Shown here piece after piece: positions 24,962 through 38,708 of a DNA stretch of 64,000 bases; position 1 is the first letter of the stretch; each line of letters starts with the position of its first letter. Position numbers and translations under genes: made by a program. Source of the stretch: Psilocybe cubensis (lineage: Eukaryota); assembly GCA_017499595.2 (NCBI GenBank), contig CM039004.1:620001-684000 (forward strand), given 5' to 3'. The notes under the pieces are model-generated. The model was not told where the DNA came from. It was given only the letters and a program-made list of their open reading frames with translations, and searched no databases.

Positions 24962-26170
24962 TCAGAACATACCTTCCTGACCAGAAACCAACCCTCCAAA
25001 ATAGCAAGTCAACGCTTTCAGCTTATTGCCCATCCATTCCTCCTCAACTTCCACTTTCTCTTCCACAGGCGGCGCCGACTGCACAGCTGGGTTATTTTTT
25101 TGCTTGAGTGATTGACCAGATGATCGTTTCCTCTCCTGCGAAAGCAATTCACTGATTTCCTCTAGACGCGTATTTCTGGGTAGGTAATAAGCGACATTTT
25201 TCGTGATTTTTCTTGTGAGATCGAACAGTTCAGTCCCGTGTATAGGTCGGATAGAAGAAAGAGAATAGGATGGGTGTTCGGGAGCCTGTGAAGAAGCGAT
25301 ATCTTTGTCATTATCCAGAGCAGAGACATCGTCCGTCGATCCAGAAAGGTACGATGGACCGCCCCATGGGGGGCTCAGAAAGACAACGTCAAATTTTCGG
25401 CGTTCCTGATGGTCATCGCTTTCTGGATTAGAATGAGACGGGAGAGTCATCTGCGATCTGACAAAGGAGATGTAGTCTGTTAGAACGAATTCGATCCGAT
25501 CAGCGACACCATAGATTTGGGCGTTGTGTCTTGCTAGAGCCAAACGGGTCGGCGACGTGTCGAGAGCAACAACTGGGCGATATACGTAGTTAGAGTGTTG
25601 CCAGAAGATATCAGCAGTACTTACCCCTTTGGCACGTTTTTGCAAAAGCAATAGCGTTTCCTCCTACCCCACAGAATGCATCTAGTATTGTATCGCATCT
25701 ACATCTTTCCGCAATCTGATCCGCCAATAGCTCTGGCGTGACACTATACCAGCCTTCTTCATCAAGCAAGCAGCCAGGGGCGGTTGAATATAACGAGAAA
25801 AAACGCTCTCTTTGCGAGAAATCTGAGATATGTTTACAATTTGTTTAATGTATACATGAAAAAGATCGTAGGGATACACACATTTTTGAAGATGTTGGGG
25901 GACTTGGGATGCCTCAGTATAATGTGGTACGAGACCTGTCGCGTCGTACTTCTCGACCCAGCGAGTCTTGGTATCGTCGACATTTTCCGCATATGATGAC
26001 CCATCATTCATTTTCCTCTTTTTCGCAGGATGATCGTCTGCCTTCTCGGCGGTACTCTCCTTCGCTTTCTCCAGAGCTTGAGAGCCCTCACTGCCTTCAT
26101 CTGCTTTCATCGACTGGAAAAGGAATCTGGACACACCAGTGAGCCCTCCTTTCCGCTTGTTTTTTCCCAT
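24962..26170 (-). CDS. TGS1: Trimethylguanosine synthase
   Basis: LDEEGWYSVTPE, DAFCGVGGNAIAFA, HNAQIYGVADRIEF, VFLSPPWGGPSY, YLPRN, KALTCYFG. Confidence 0.93.
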
Positions 26171-27564
26171 TTCAACCGCGTGGTTTCTTTTAGAACAACA
26201 CCTCGTAAACCTGAAGGAACCGTAAAGGGGGAGTGTGTCAGGATACAATCCACGCACGAAGGGAATTGAACCCAACTCTTACGCATCAAAGCGTGACCGT
26301 GTAAATTTTGGAATCAAAATCACTTGATCACATGATGAACGCGTCGCGTCGCGCGAGGATGTCAGCTAAATCCGACCGTTTCATTCGGGATTTCGCCAAA
26401 GAAAAGAACTAAAATAAATGCTTCCTAATAAATGTAATTAATCGAGTTTTGACACTTTATACTACTTAATTCTGTCTTTATTTTCTGGTGGTCACTTGTT
26501 TTTTCTAGAATCCACTCAGGATTGAAGAAAACAAGAGATCGGAACTTGGCAGTAATTTATCATCATCCTTCTACGTGAGCCTCCATCTTACCTAAGTCAA
26601 AGTATAATACATCGGCAGCTCATTTAAACATTGGGGGATTCGGTATTCTGATGCAGACATCCGCTTTTGCCGCTTCTTTGTCGACTCCAAGTTAATACTG
26701 AGTACTGAAGTACTGAGTGGCTGTCCAGCAGTGTAGTCGCCGATGGTGACAATAAACGATTGATAGAGTGTTGATTGTCTTTACGGTATCTAACTGCGCT
26801 CGCGTAGAAGTCGCAATTCCACTCATTACCGCTACCTGAGAAGTACAATCTCCCTAGTGGCGTACCTTTAGCTATGTTAAGGAGGTCACTAAGTAAAATG
26901 CCGTATAGAGTTAATTAATCCGCATTGGCAGTCTGCATGATGCAATGTAAGATGTCAATAGTTTCTTCTATCACTGTCAATAGCTCTCCGATTATTACGG
27001 TTTGCTCTTCTTCCAGGGACCAGGATTCACGACTAAGTCTGATTGTCTAAATGAGGGTCATGTGAGACCGGGCCAGCCGCCGAGCGCCTAATGGCGCATG
27101 CAACCGTAACTGAGGAAAACATCACACGCATCCCTATGACAACAAGAAAGCCTATAAGCAATGTTGATCATGACGAAATCCTAAAAAATCGGAATACTCG
27201 GATTTGTATATAGGCACGTTGCAGCTCCGGTCGCCGTTACTACGGTATCAGGGAATACTCCTCCAATCGGAAACCATCTTACCGAGCTCGTCCGAAGCAG
27301 CAAGATGCGGCTTTACGCAATGACGACCCTGGTAGTCCGCCATATCATTTTGACCTCGGGGGACACGTATGACTGAAATTTTGCGGCGGGTGCCTTGCAA
27401 AAAATACGTTAATCAATTGGAAAAATCATAAATGGTATACATCGTGATCATAATAACTAAGTGAAAAGTAAGTAAAACATCAATAAGAGCTATATGGCAT
27501 ACTGTCAGAAACAGTGTGGAATCATAAAACAAAGGAACATGAACAATGAAGGATGCAGTTATTA

Positions 27565-29463
27565 TCATGAAGATTCCAATAGCCGTAACGCCTCTTGTAC
27601 GGAGGATCCTAATGACGTAGTCCAAGCCCACTCCCAGTTCTTCGTGAAAACCTGTCCGAGGATCCTGAGCTTCGCTAGTAATTCATGATCAGGTACCGAG
27701 TTAAAGTCGATCTCCGGTGTATTTAGAGTAAAATATTGGCCATTCAGTCTTGACTTTTGGTACACCTTGTGCGCAAATGGCCTGCGAACGTGATCATAGA
27801 TTCCGAGGGCTCTTGTAAGTGTTTCTCGGGTTGTAAGAGGATGTCCTAAGAGAGTTGCTAGAATAAATGCATCCTGGTGGAGGAGTTTAGTGCCCGACTC
27901 CGTCGAGGGAATAAAAACTGGTGGACAAACCTCAATAGCTTGCCCTGCACCAGACCCTTGATGCGGAGTCGCGGCATGAGCCTAGTATATTTACACATTA
28001 GCAACACGATCACTCTGCAAAGAAGGCTCAAATGATTGCTTACAGCATCGCCAAGGATCGCTACATTTCCAGACACGTACGAACCCAGAGGCTTAACGAC
28101 GTGTATAGCCCAGCGTAATGGTTTATCGACGCACTGTTTCGACATGAGAGCCTTGAGTATTGGCAAGAACGAGGTAGCTACAGTACTCACATCCACGAGC
28201 GCCTGAACCTCGGGTTCCCAATCTCGATACCATGATGCAAACTCCGCCTTGTCGGTAACGCAAACCCATGGCCCGTTGAACTTTGAGCCTTCCATGTCAT
28301 GTTGTGATTTGAATGCGACAAAGTTGATCATCTTCCCATGGGATATAGGATAGGCTATGATATACTGCTTAGCGTTAGCAAGCTTCCCAATCCAGGACAA
28401 GAATGTTCATACGTACTCCATTCTTTCCCAAGTACTACCATTCATTGCTTAAATGTCAATCAGTGTGAACGTGATATAAATTAGCAGACGTACCTGAGTG
28501 GGTTGTGTGAAGACTCGATGGTCGGGTTTCCGCAACTTCAATCGATCAGCTGGTATGAGAGCACGATACGCATTTGTACCGCTCCAGACAGGTTCAATCA
28601 TGGCCGTTATATCAGCGGCCTCGGACCATCTGTTTTGTGATTGGGCCCATAGGGCCTTTTCCCCCAGCAAAGACCTCCTTACCGCGGACTTTAGTCCGTC
28701 CGCACCAAGGAGCACGTCGCAAGAGGCCCGCGTTCCATCTTCGAAGAGAAGAGTAATTGGGCCGCCTTGTCGCTGAGTATATGAACGAAGTCGTTTGCTG
28801 CAGTGGATCCGATACGATGACGGGATATGCTTGAGAAGAACATTCTGAAAATCGGGTCGGTGAAACGTCAGAATTTTTCCTTGAAACAAAAATCATGTTA
28901 AAGAGATAGTTCAAGTAGCTTCAAGGGAGAAAATTTCACCTTTTGTGACAAGTGTGTAGAATTCCAGGCCCTCTGGTTTGTCACTTTTGCGATATCTAAA
29001 AGATGGAGCTGCAGTGACGATTTAAGGATACAAAATTGACACGTGAATTTCCGGAATAGTTACTGGGATCCTGAGAAGGCTTCGTCTCTGTGCAGCAAGC
29101 CAGGTCCTCATCTAAGCCAAGTTTTCGGATGATTTCCCAAGATCCTAGTTAAAATTTCAGCTTTAACGTCTCATTCCTGGTCACTTTACTCACGACCCCA
29201 AAGCCCAATGCCAGCGCCTATTTCTGCTAGTTTCTCAGCGGCTTCGTAAATTTGAACTTCAATATCCGGATATCGTGATAATGCAACTGAAGCAAGCATG
29301 ATGAGCTCATGAGCATCCTGTAACAAAATTTATATCAAATACCTGCAGTAGTCAATCCACCAATTCCTGCACCGCTGTCGATGCTATATTAACTATCATC
29401 TCAGGAACATGGTAATATTCAAACTGACCAAATCGCAACCCTAAATTTTGCTCTCGACGCCAT
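27565..29463 (-). CDS. FAD-dependent monooxygenase (salicylate hydroxylase-like)
   Basis: Rossmann start FRVAICGAGIGGL, EIGAGIG, LLGADGLKSAVR, ILGDAAHAATPHQGSGAGQAIED. Confidence 0.88.
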
Positions 29464-31743
29464 TGCGGAATATATATCTGTGAGGCAGAAAGAGACAGCA
29501 AGTCGATGATTTGAATGGCAGCAACGACAAACCGTTTTATAGGGAGACGGAGGGTATCAAGGTGCAACCATTTTGAACAGATCGTAATATTTAGAAACAC
29601 ACGATTGAACCGGACTGCTCGCCATAGAGGAACATCCAACCGAGAATCTATGACATGCGAGATCTATGCGAGGAGATGAGGCCAGATGGCTTCTGCCAGA
29701 TAAGCCGCTGCAATCATTGTCCCACGATTTCGTCGCGGGCTCCAAGCCAAATTTAAAGCTGGAGGACAGAATTGAGGTCAATAGATGAAAATCCATTTGC
29801 ATCTCAGGGGTCAAGTGATCCCAATAGTTGCTTGGAAAATGTAAATTGCGCGCGTCCACCACCCAAAGTTATTCGTTCTAAATCTCTTCTGCGACTATAT
29901 CGCCACTTACTACCAGCGGAGAGACGGCGTACAAGAAGGCGAAAGATGACGAGGCACGCGGATGCGTAAGTGATGAGCAATAATTGTAGGGCGTATTTAC
30001 CGGCCGAGGTGCATGGTAAAGTACAGACTTCATTCGTTTTTTGAAGTGTTCTATACCCCATCTGCACAAATTGCCTTGTTTAGAGAGCGATCTTCAAGTG
30101 CCTTTATACTCTCTCTTCTGTATTACGTGACGACCTTGAGGCTCAAATTATTCCTTGTGATGCTTGCCGAAAAACAAGGACATATGGCGCCAATTTTTGC
30201 TGGGCAAGTTTGCGGTGATCTAAATTTCTGGTAGACCCGCTTTGCACCACAAAGATAACAGCAGGCAGTGTTTTCGATCTCGAAGAAATTCCCCGGTGTC
30301 TGGCCGACGACATAAATACGCCAACGATGCTCGTATGTATGGATTGTGAGAACCATTTTTAGACTGCCAAACACTGTCGGAATCAGGGCTATTTTTAGGG
30401 TGGTTGACAACAAGTGGGACTGGGGTTCGTAAATCGATTGACAGACACATGCCTGACTTTTGAGTTTCAGTGACGGAAGTCTGGATTGCGGACTTGAGGC
30501 ATCTTACTCAAGAATATTAAGAGTTAAAACAAGGTTGGATATCGAGCCAAGCACAGGAGGCGTCTCTCAATCCAGCTCGGAGAGCACACCTAAGACCGAG
30601 GTACAGATTGTTAGTTGGAATCAAAAAGTTTTGGCACTGTGCTGAAATGCTAATTGCTTTGGTTTCAAATGCTCGATTCTTCAGGAATTCCTGCATAGGA
30701 TGTGGATCGATATCCTCATGGATTCAATTAGATTTCTAGACCAGTAATAGTATCAGAAGAGAAGCCAGGATGTATTCTTTGTGGGCATACCAGGGGAAAT
30801 ATGGATTCACACCGAGCCCAACTGGGAAAGGCTGTGAAAGGAATTGACCAGACCTGACATGGAAAGCGGACTCAAGAACAACTGCGCGGCCCAAAGCCAG
30901 ACAAAAGCCACCTGTCTGCTGACTAATATTAATTATCATCTTGGCAACAGAACGTGTTTTTGCGCCGGGGCTCTGCGGTATTACGAAATTTCGGAACCGC
31001 AAGCCGTACATTTACACGAACGTCGGTCAGCCCGAAGGCTGAGGCTTGCTTTGCTTTTTCAAACATTTGACTGGTGGCGTGGACGCAATGGTGCCTCAAG
31101 ATAATCCATTCAAGAATATAATATCCATCCTAAAGAACGAGTGAGTCCTACCCTATGTAGATCTTTTACCCGAAATGACCACAAAATGTGACTACAGCTA
31201 GCAATTTTAACAATCTGCCTTATGTTCGCTAGTCAACTTACTAAACTTGAAGAAAAGGCTGTTGTATTGTTGCATAATTCGATATTTAGGCCCGGACTTC
31301 ACTATGTTACGCATCCCACTGTCTCACACCGTGTACGATATCCTTTTTGAAAATCACACACGGCACCCGCTGAAGATCGCATGACGAGCTTAAGACTTAG
31401 CACTATAGGTGGTTGTGTGATATTTTATGCCAATCTGGATATAAACTCGAAAATACCCAGCAGTTTCTTGGGAAGGTGCGGGAAAATGACGGAAAACGGT
31501 TCTACTCTTAGCGCGTTGCGTTCCAAAATTGCACGCCATGGGAGGCTACCTACACCAGCTCCATGGGTAACATATTCGTTATCAGTCTCGCAGCCGGAAC
31601 CGACAGGATTTGTTAAGCTGCTTCATCCTGGTCTCTTGTCTCCTTTTATTTATCCTCTCTTCACCAACAACCTTCATGTACTCATATACGTTTAGTCGTA
31701 TTTGATCAATCTACCCTTTTCCAAAGAGTCGTTTAAAAGCGAC

Positions 31744-33527
31744 ATGTTACAGCAACCTCCCTCGGAAGTAGTAAGGATTATAGGGGAGATCCAACAGTTG
31801 AGGTATAACGGAGGTGAGTACTGGCATTTTGATTCTCGTTACATTGGGCTGATTGGTGACTGGCACAGTTGGGGCTCTTGCGCTATTAATTTGGGACACC
31901 ATCATAACATTTTCAGATGAGGTGCAATATATTTGGCCGTATGTTATTTTTCTTGCTTACCTTCAGATATTCCAGGCTTACGAATATGTAGGCAAAGTAA
32001 AAGATCACCAACAAAGTGGGTTTTCCTGCTTACGAGGTACTTTGGACTCTTGGCCCAAGCGTCAGTAAATTCCCAACTGTTCTTTAAATAGTATTAAGCT
32101 GAGCCAATGCGTATCTGTATGTTAGACGTCTAGTGGGTATATGCCTCAGTGTAGTTGACGGTCGATTTTCGATTGAAGAATGCCGTATGATTTATGCTAC
32201 TCAAGTAGTATGCGGGGGTGTCTTGATGGCGTGCATTCAGGCCATTCTCATGCTGAGAGGTGAGATATCGTTCTACCAAATTGATCGCTCGAAATTGACG
32301 TATTCAAAAGTATATGCTCTATACAGTCAAGATCGAAGGGTCGCTGTTGCGATGATTACCCTGCTAGTGGCCGAAATAGGGTCCATGCCAGGCGCTATAC
32401 AGTTGACCATGCCCACTACTACTGGAAATATGTGCATGAAACCAATTACAGCCCGCGATATCACACTTTTTGGGTACGGTTCTCTCGAAAACTGCAATCG
32501 ATGCTATCTCCTTTTAATACATCCGAATGCTATATACAGCGCCTCAGTTATTCTTCCCCAACTTTTGGTCCTCGGTCTGACAATTGTCAAGTTCTTCACG
32601 GGACTTCGAGACGGCTGGGGAGCGATTCCCATTGTCTCAAGGCTTGTTAGGGATGATATCATTTTGGTAGTTGTTATTGGTGAGTTATACTCTTTCAATT
32701 AGAAACCGGTTTAAACGGGTTCGGGTGTACGAGGAAAACTCCCCCCTTTAATTTGTTCACGCTTCACCATCCGTTGCTCTAACACAAATGAAACTCAACT
32801 TTATTATTTTCGTTTCGATTTCTCATGTGTCATTGGCTTATTACTTATGACTGCACCTCTCGAACACTGTAAATTAGTGGTCTGGGTGGTGATTTCGGCA
32901 GCCCTGGCCAGCATCAACACGATGTACGGCTACATTGGATACTCGTATGTGCCATTCCGTTATTTTCTCTCTTTCTCATGCCGTCGATCTCACTATACAC
33001 TTCTCTTCTATTTGACCTTTCGACACGTAACGCATTGTTGGTCATAGATGGTTGCTATCTTTGCTCCCATCGCTGGTGAGCCTTCTTCTTCTCAGAGACA
33101 GAGTCCAGACCGAGTCTTCTGCTTACCGCGCCGTTCACTTCTGACCGGCGTCTGTTCACAGGGATGCAGAGTGGTGATCAGCATGCAGCAATTGGCAGAT
33201 AGCTCTAGTCAAGCACCGGCTCAAGGAAGAAGGTCTGGCTCTACCCCCCAGCTTACCACTTGTTTATTTGTCGGCAGCGACTCTATGGCACCGGAAATCA
33301 GCAATAATTATCACAGTTCATTTGCCTTAAGTCAAGGTCCCATGGAACGCACGTCGCCAACCACTTCAGAGTTCTCGACGTCGATCAGCATGAAGGCAGT
33401 CATTATACGGGATAGCCGCAAGTTGACGGATGCATACTCGACAGCCAACGTCTTGAATACGTCTTCAAACTCACACACGCTCCCTAAAGTTATATCGTGC
33501 CCAACACCCCATTCTCAACTACAATGA
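31744..33527 (+). CDS. Multi-pass membrane protein, DUF6533 / GPCR-like Agaricomycete family
   Basis: ALALLIWDTIITFSDEVQYIW, KWVFLLTRYFG, ILMLRVYALY, PIVSRLVRDD, GCRVVISMQ, and a PQLTT tail. Confidence 0.75.
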
Positions 33528-34606
33528 AATTTGACATCTACATCGTGCTAGGACATCTCCTTTGCATAACTTAATCAGCCATTATTCATCACACATTTCG
33601 TAGATGTGAACGCAATACGCACATGCATACATTACCCCACATGATATGGAGTTGAGGAAGCTATTTTCCACTTTCCGTTTGATCATAAACCCAGAACAAA
33701 CCTTCAACGTGCTCTGCGGAATGTTGGGCCGAAGCGTGCTGAACAAGTGTGAATAACTCGCCCAAACTGAAAGCAGGATCCAATAAGAGTTAAAAATAGA
33801 GAGCCTCTACACTGTGAAGACCAGAATAACCTCTAATAAGTGACCGAGCATGAGAGATTAGATCCTAGCAATACTCATTACTTACCAGACCCCGCTCAAT
33901 TGGACCCACGACGTTTTCGCAACTCTCCCTGTCATTCTCCACGATTATCTTCGATAGGATAAAAACAAGCAAATCTACTCATAATTTATCACCGACAAAC
34001 CCTGCCCGCTGACTCTGGCTGGGTTCCCTTAGAAGACTGCTCCTTAGAGCGTTGTAAATAGAACACAGACCGATCCCAGAAGCTGCAGAGTTTTCCGAAT
34101 AAATCGTGCCTTCTGTTTCACATCGGTCATGAGTTATACAAACGTCGACGTTTTCTCCCGAGTCCGTGGCAACGGTGTAGCATCCTGTTAGACTGTGGCG
34201 CACGCGATTTTGAAGGACCTGCAAGACTCGAAAAACTGGATCTAAAAGACTGGTATGATCACATGATCCCGACAGTTTCTCAGTGGAAATAACGACAATG
34301 GCATGTCCATTTCCTTCTGGCAAGGATAAATCCAATAGACAGATCTGGCTGACAAGATGATCTAAGCAAATCGCACAAAATGACAAATGCCACGTTCATG
34401 TTTTACCACCTTCAGGGAAACGCACGACAGAGGCGGACAGGACGACAGGTATGCGTAGCGCACGCACGGGAAACACGGATAAATTGAACTGAGCCTACCC
34501 AGGAAGGTGAGGATATCCCCAGTTTGTGAAACTCCTTATTGCGGGTATTATCAATAATGTACTCAAAATATCAAACGTCCGACGAGGAATTTGTCTACAC
34601 ACCCGG

Positions 34607-36006
34607 TTACCAACCAAATATCAAATCGGACATTTGGCCAATAACACCTTTACTAGGCGAAGGTTGGACGCTTCCAGTAGATTTTTGTCCAGGAGTGCTA
34701 ATTGATGTAGAAAGTAGACCTGACCCCCATGTTGCGTGTTGCGGAGTAGCAGGCTTAGAAGAAGTTCCCGACACACCTGGGGCCTTTCGGAACGCCGCCA
34801 TGGAAGGTGCGAGTTTAATTGGTGTTCCGACTGATGGTGTACTAGTGTTTGCATTGTGGGATGGAGAGTAGGGTTCATCGACGGCCATTGCGTTGGAATT
34901 GTTGGAAGAAGATTCGGGGGTTTGATTATAAGAGATAGATGCACCAAACGGCGATCGAGCGATTGGTTGTCCCAGAATGGCCTCTGCCTGTGCCGCATCC
35001 TAGAATGAATATTTAGAATAAAGATGACGCTGATGAGAATGGACGTTGTACGCACGGCCCACTTTGCGCCGACCATCCAGGTACCATTGAGCACTTCTCC
35101 GTTCTTTCGTACAGCACGCACGGCATCGGCTGGATCAGCATATCCTATCTTGAAACAGTTGGTAATATCTTTGCTTGTGTCCACATCGATAGTCTCCCCA
35201 AGTGATCTGAAATATTCGACGGTAAGGCTGTATTTGTCTGGGGGATACCCAAACACAATGACAAATAGAGGCGGAACTGTTTGGCTCGCGCTGGGAGCAG
35301 GCGCGGTATTTTGGCGGCGAGAAGAAGAGAAGTTGGGTCTTTCATTGCCAGTTTGCTGATACGGAAAATTAGGTCAGTCAACTGCAGCTAGGAAGATCAG
35401 TATATTCCGCACCCTTGTCTGGAAGCGGCCAGGGCTAGAATCGAGATTAATTTCGTTAGGAATATCATTGATCGAGCTAGTAGGAGGAGCATCTTCGTCT
35501 GCTAGAGGCTGTCTTTGTCTACAAGTTCATAAGTGGGGTGTCAGCATTCGTACATCATTCAAAATGGCGTGACTGACCTGGAACTTTGGAACATCGAGTC
35601 CATTCCAAAATCAGGAGCAGTCCCTCTGGAGAGTATGTGGTTCATCTTCGCCTTTGTCTGGACAACAGGAACTTCGTTCACGCGTTGATTTTCTTGCGGG
35701 GCATCCTTTAAACATCAACACGTATCAAACACCTCATCATAAGATAAGTGAGACGCGAAACGCGTACGTTGCTTTGAGAAGCGGACTGTTGGAAGCCAAT
35801 TAACATTCAGGTTGGGCCAAAAGCATGGAATTTACCATAAGATACCCAGACTGGTAGTGGCTCCTTGATTGCGATAATGAGTCACCGAAACCTGGGGACA
35901 GTGCACTTCCTGTACTTGAACTTCCCCATGTATTGAGATTGGGTGAGTGGTGCGAAGACGTCGATGCTGACATTCCTGCCACTGAAAATGAAGGTGAACT
36001 GGGCAT
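34607..36006 (-). CDS. NUP53: Nucleoporin Nup53/Nup35
   Basis: EDAPPTSSINDI motif, RRM-like VIVFGYPP...AVRKNGEVL, C-terminal amphipathic helix ending MSDLIFGW*. Confidence 0.82.
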
Positions 36007-36210
36007 TGTTGCAGAAAAAGGTTGAACACAATGGTCTGCTCTTCGAGGACAAGAAAAGGTCAACTTGTTGACTGAACCTCGGTTAACCAAACAATGGCAC
36101 AGCCATCTGAGACCACTTGACTCTTGAGGACGCGACGAAAATATTCTCAAAGCCTCCCTGTCATATAAATCATTCAGTTGATTTATTGGAGGGTTATAAG
36201 CTTCGCCATT

Positions 36211-38021
36211 ATGGATGCACCTATTACCAAAAGGCTTATTGTATCAGGTCTTACTCCAGCAATTTCCGCCGAGGATATATCGCGACGATTGACAACTTTT
36301 GGAACGGTGAAAGCTGCAGATGGTTTCGGTCTCCCAGATGGTGTTGGACAACCTAGGAAGTTTGGGTATGTGACTTTGGAAACTACAGTTGGGAAATTAT
36401 CAAAATGTACGTTATATCAGTGGTATCTTGCATTTGGACCGGCTGTGAACTGGATTGAAGAATATCGTTTGATCTTTATTAGGCATGAACCTACTAAGCG
36501 GTTCTACTTGGAAAGGTGCTAAACTTCGATTTGGGGAAGCGAAGCCAGACTTTGCAGAGAGGTGCGCCCTAACGACAATCTAGCGAACAATATCTGATTT
36601 TCTAGTAGAATCGCCCTGGAGAACCGAAAGGCTGCAGAAGAACCTCCCAAGAAGAAACGAGTAAAGCGGAATGTTGGCGTGTATGGCGAAGACATGTCTC
36701 TTGTAACTTCCCAAAATGCTGCACAAAAATCAGGCTGGAAAGTCTCGTCTCTCGGTCGGATAACGACTCCAGTCAAAATGCGTCCCTCTCATCCATTGAT
36801 CGAACCTGTGGAAGTGAAGAAACCAAAAAAAACAAAGACGGACGACAAAGGTCTAAAGAAAAAAAAGCGCATCAAAGATCCCGACTCCAGAGCACGACGA
36901 AAAACCATTGATATGACAAAGTACGGCAGTACGCATTTAAAGGGCATGTGGCTAGACTTGGAGGTCTCAGGTTCCTCCAGAAAATCTCCTCCGAGGGAAT
37001 TCGAGCTTAGCAGCAGCAGCAGCAGCAGCAGAAGTAGCGAAAGTGACGACGAACCAGCTGCTATCATTCCATCACCTTCTCCATCTCTTGCTGTTCCTGA
37101 AATTGTCGCTGGGCCTTCGACCGTTCAGCAGTCAATAGCACCCATCTTTCCCGTTCCCGTTCAAGCACCTCAAGAAACTGTTGATATTTCCCAGGAAAAG
37201 AGTCAGACACTGAATCTTCTCAATTCTTTGTTTGGCCAGGATGATGATGATTGGATCGGCCAAGAGAGCGTGGGCTCCGACATAGATGCTGATGAGTTAG
37301 TGAAAGGTGACAAAATGCTCGTGGACGATGACCGCGTTGATTTCGAGATTGTGCCGAAAAACGCGCCTCTTAAGGCAACTCAACATATCGAAAGTGACGA
37401 GGAGGAGGATGAAGATGAAGATGCAAGAATGGACATAGATCGAAAGGAGCCTGAAAAAGCCGTCAGTCCTCCAAAACAACCTACTTTAAAGGATCTTTTC
37501 GCGCCTAGGGAAGACGAAGGTTGGTGTCTTTTTTTAATTTTCCCACAAATTTTGCTCAAACTGTAACCTTAGGTGGATTTTCACTACTCGGGCATCTGGA
37601 TCTCGACATCGAGTTAGACGAAGATGCACCTTTTCTCGCCGAGGATCCCATTGCTCAGCAATCACATACCCACGAAACATACGCTCCATCGATACCAGTG
37701 TCCCAGCCATACCAACAAAGCCAAAACATCCAAGCTCCACTTTCCCTCAACCCACGACAAGCTCTCTTCTTCCCTTTGTCATTATCTGAGCCTGCAAGTG
37801 TCAGGGCACGGCAAAGAGATGTATACGACATCGCGAAAGACAATGGTTGGAACTGGCGTGACCCAGCTGTCGGTTTCTATCGCACTGGTACGGAAGAGGA
37901 TATCAAGAAGCGATGGGAGGAGAGCAAGGGCGATTTGACGAGGGATTGGAAGAGGAGGTCCAGGGAGGCTGGCAAGGTCAATAGGAGGAAGAGGGGAGGC
38001 GTTGACGATGCTGAGCTTTGA
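36211..38021 (+). CDS. Nucleolar protein with N-terminal RRM (Nop8/NOL8-like)
   Basis: RLIVSGLTP...FGYVTLE...LSGSTWKGAKLRFGEAKPDF; acidic middle region; C-terminal RWEESKGDLTRDWKRRSREA. Confidence 0.7.
37009..37029 (+). repeat. (AGC)7 coding microsatellite (poly-Ser)
   Basis: Seven perfect AGC units inside the NOP8-like ORF. Confidence 0.9.
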
Positions 38022-38221
38022 AGCTTGAAGAATTGATACTCTCAAATTATTTCAAAAGCGTTGCTGAGTTGTTTCCATTAAACTGGAAAGACAACATACT
38101 AAGATTGCATTCGCGGTGTCTGTCGAATTGTGGTTCGTACTTTACCAACTCAAATTTCAAAGCCGCTCCACTCAAAGCAGTAGTTTTCCGAATTTACGTT
38201 GCAACAACAACAAACCACAGT

Positions 38222-38530
38222 CTGTAATCCTCCTCCCCGGTATCCACTGATTTGCGGCTCTGGTTCACGATACCACAATCGCCCGCCGTTTGCGTTACCA
38301 TTATGGGTAGCACCACAGTTCCAAGTTGCAACTGTGGTGTCCTGCGTTCCCAGAATTTTCATTTTCGTCTTCCCCTATGTCCGCTGAACTGCGGCTCTGG
38401 TTCTGGTTCACGGTACCAGATATGATTATAACCACCATTATTGTTCGCGCTGCTGTGGCCGCCATTACCATTACCGCTACCGTATCCTCCGTTTCCTTTA
38501 CCGTTTCCATTGTGCGCAATTGATGTTATC
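38222..38530 (-). pseudogene. Frameshifted relic of the Gly/Asn-rich KEP family (paralog of 6729-7430)
   Basis: Reads GNGGYGSGNGNGGHSSANNNGG..WYREPEPEPQFSG, then NSGNAGHHS, then THNGNANGGRLWYREPEPQISG, each in a shifted frame. No signal peptide. Confidence 0.8.
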
Positions 38531-38708
38531 GCTTCTCACGTGCCAGGCGGCATCTCACACGCTGCTATCTTCGGCAAGATGCACCCTAAACCCTTTCTGA
38601 GTTTTAACCATTGAGTTCGTCTTAACCTGCGCATGCATTTTTTGTAGTTGCATGGTAGGATCATCTCATACTTTGTAACCGCCAAGTCACTGCTTATGCC
38701 ATGTTCAG

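Noticed and set aside
29500-31700. Several 60-100 aa ORFs in the monooxygenase/DUF6533 intergenic region
   Set aside because: No recognisable motifs or consistent exon chain
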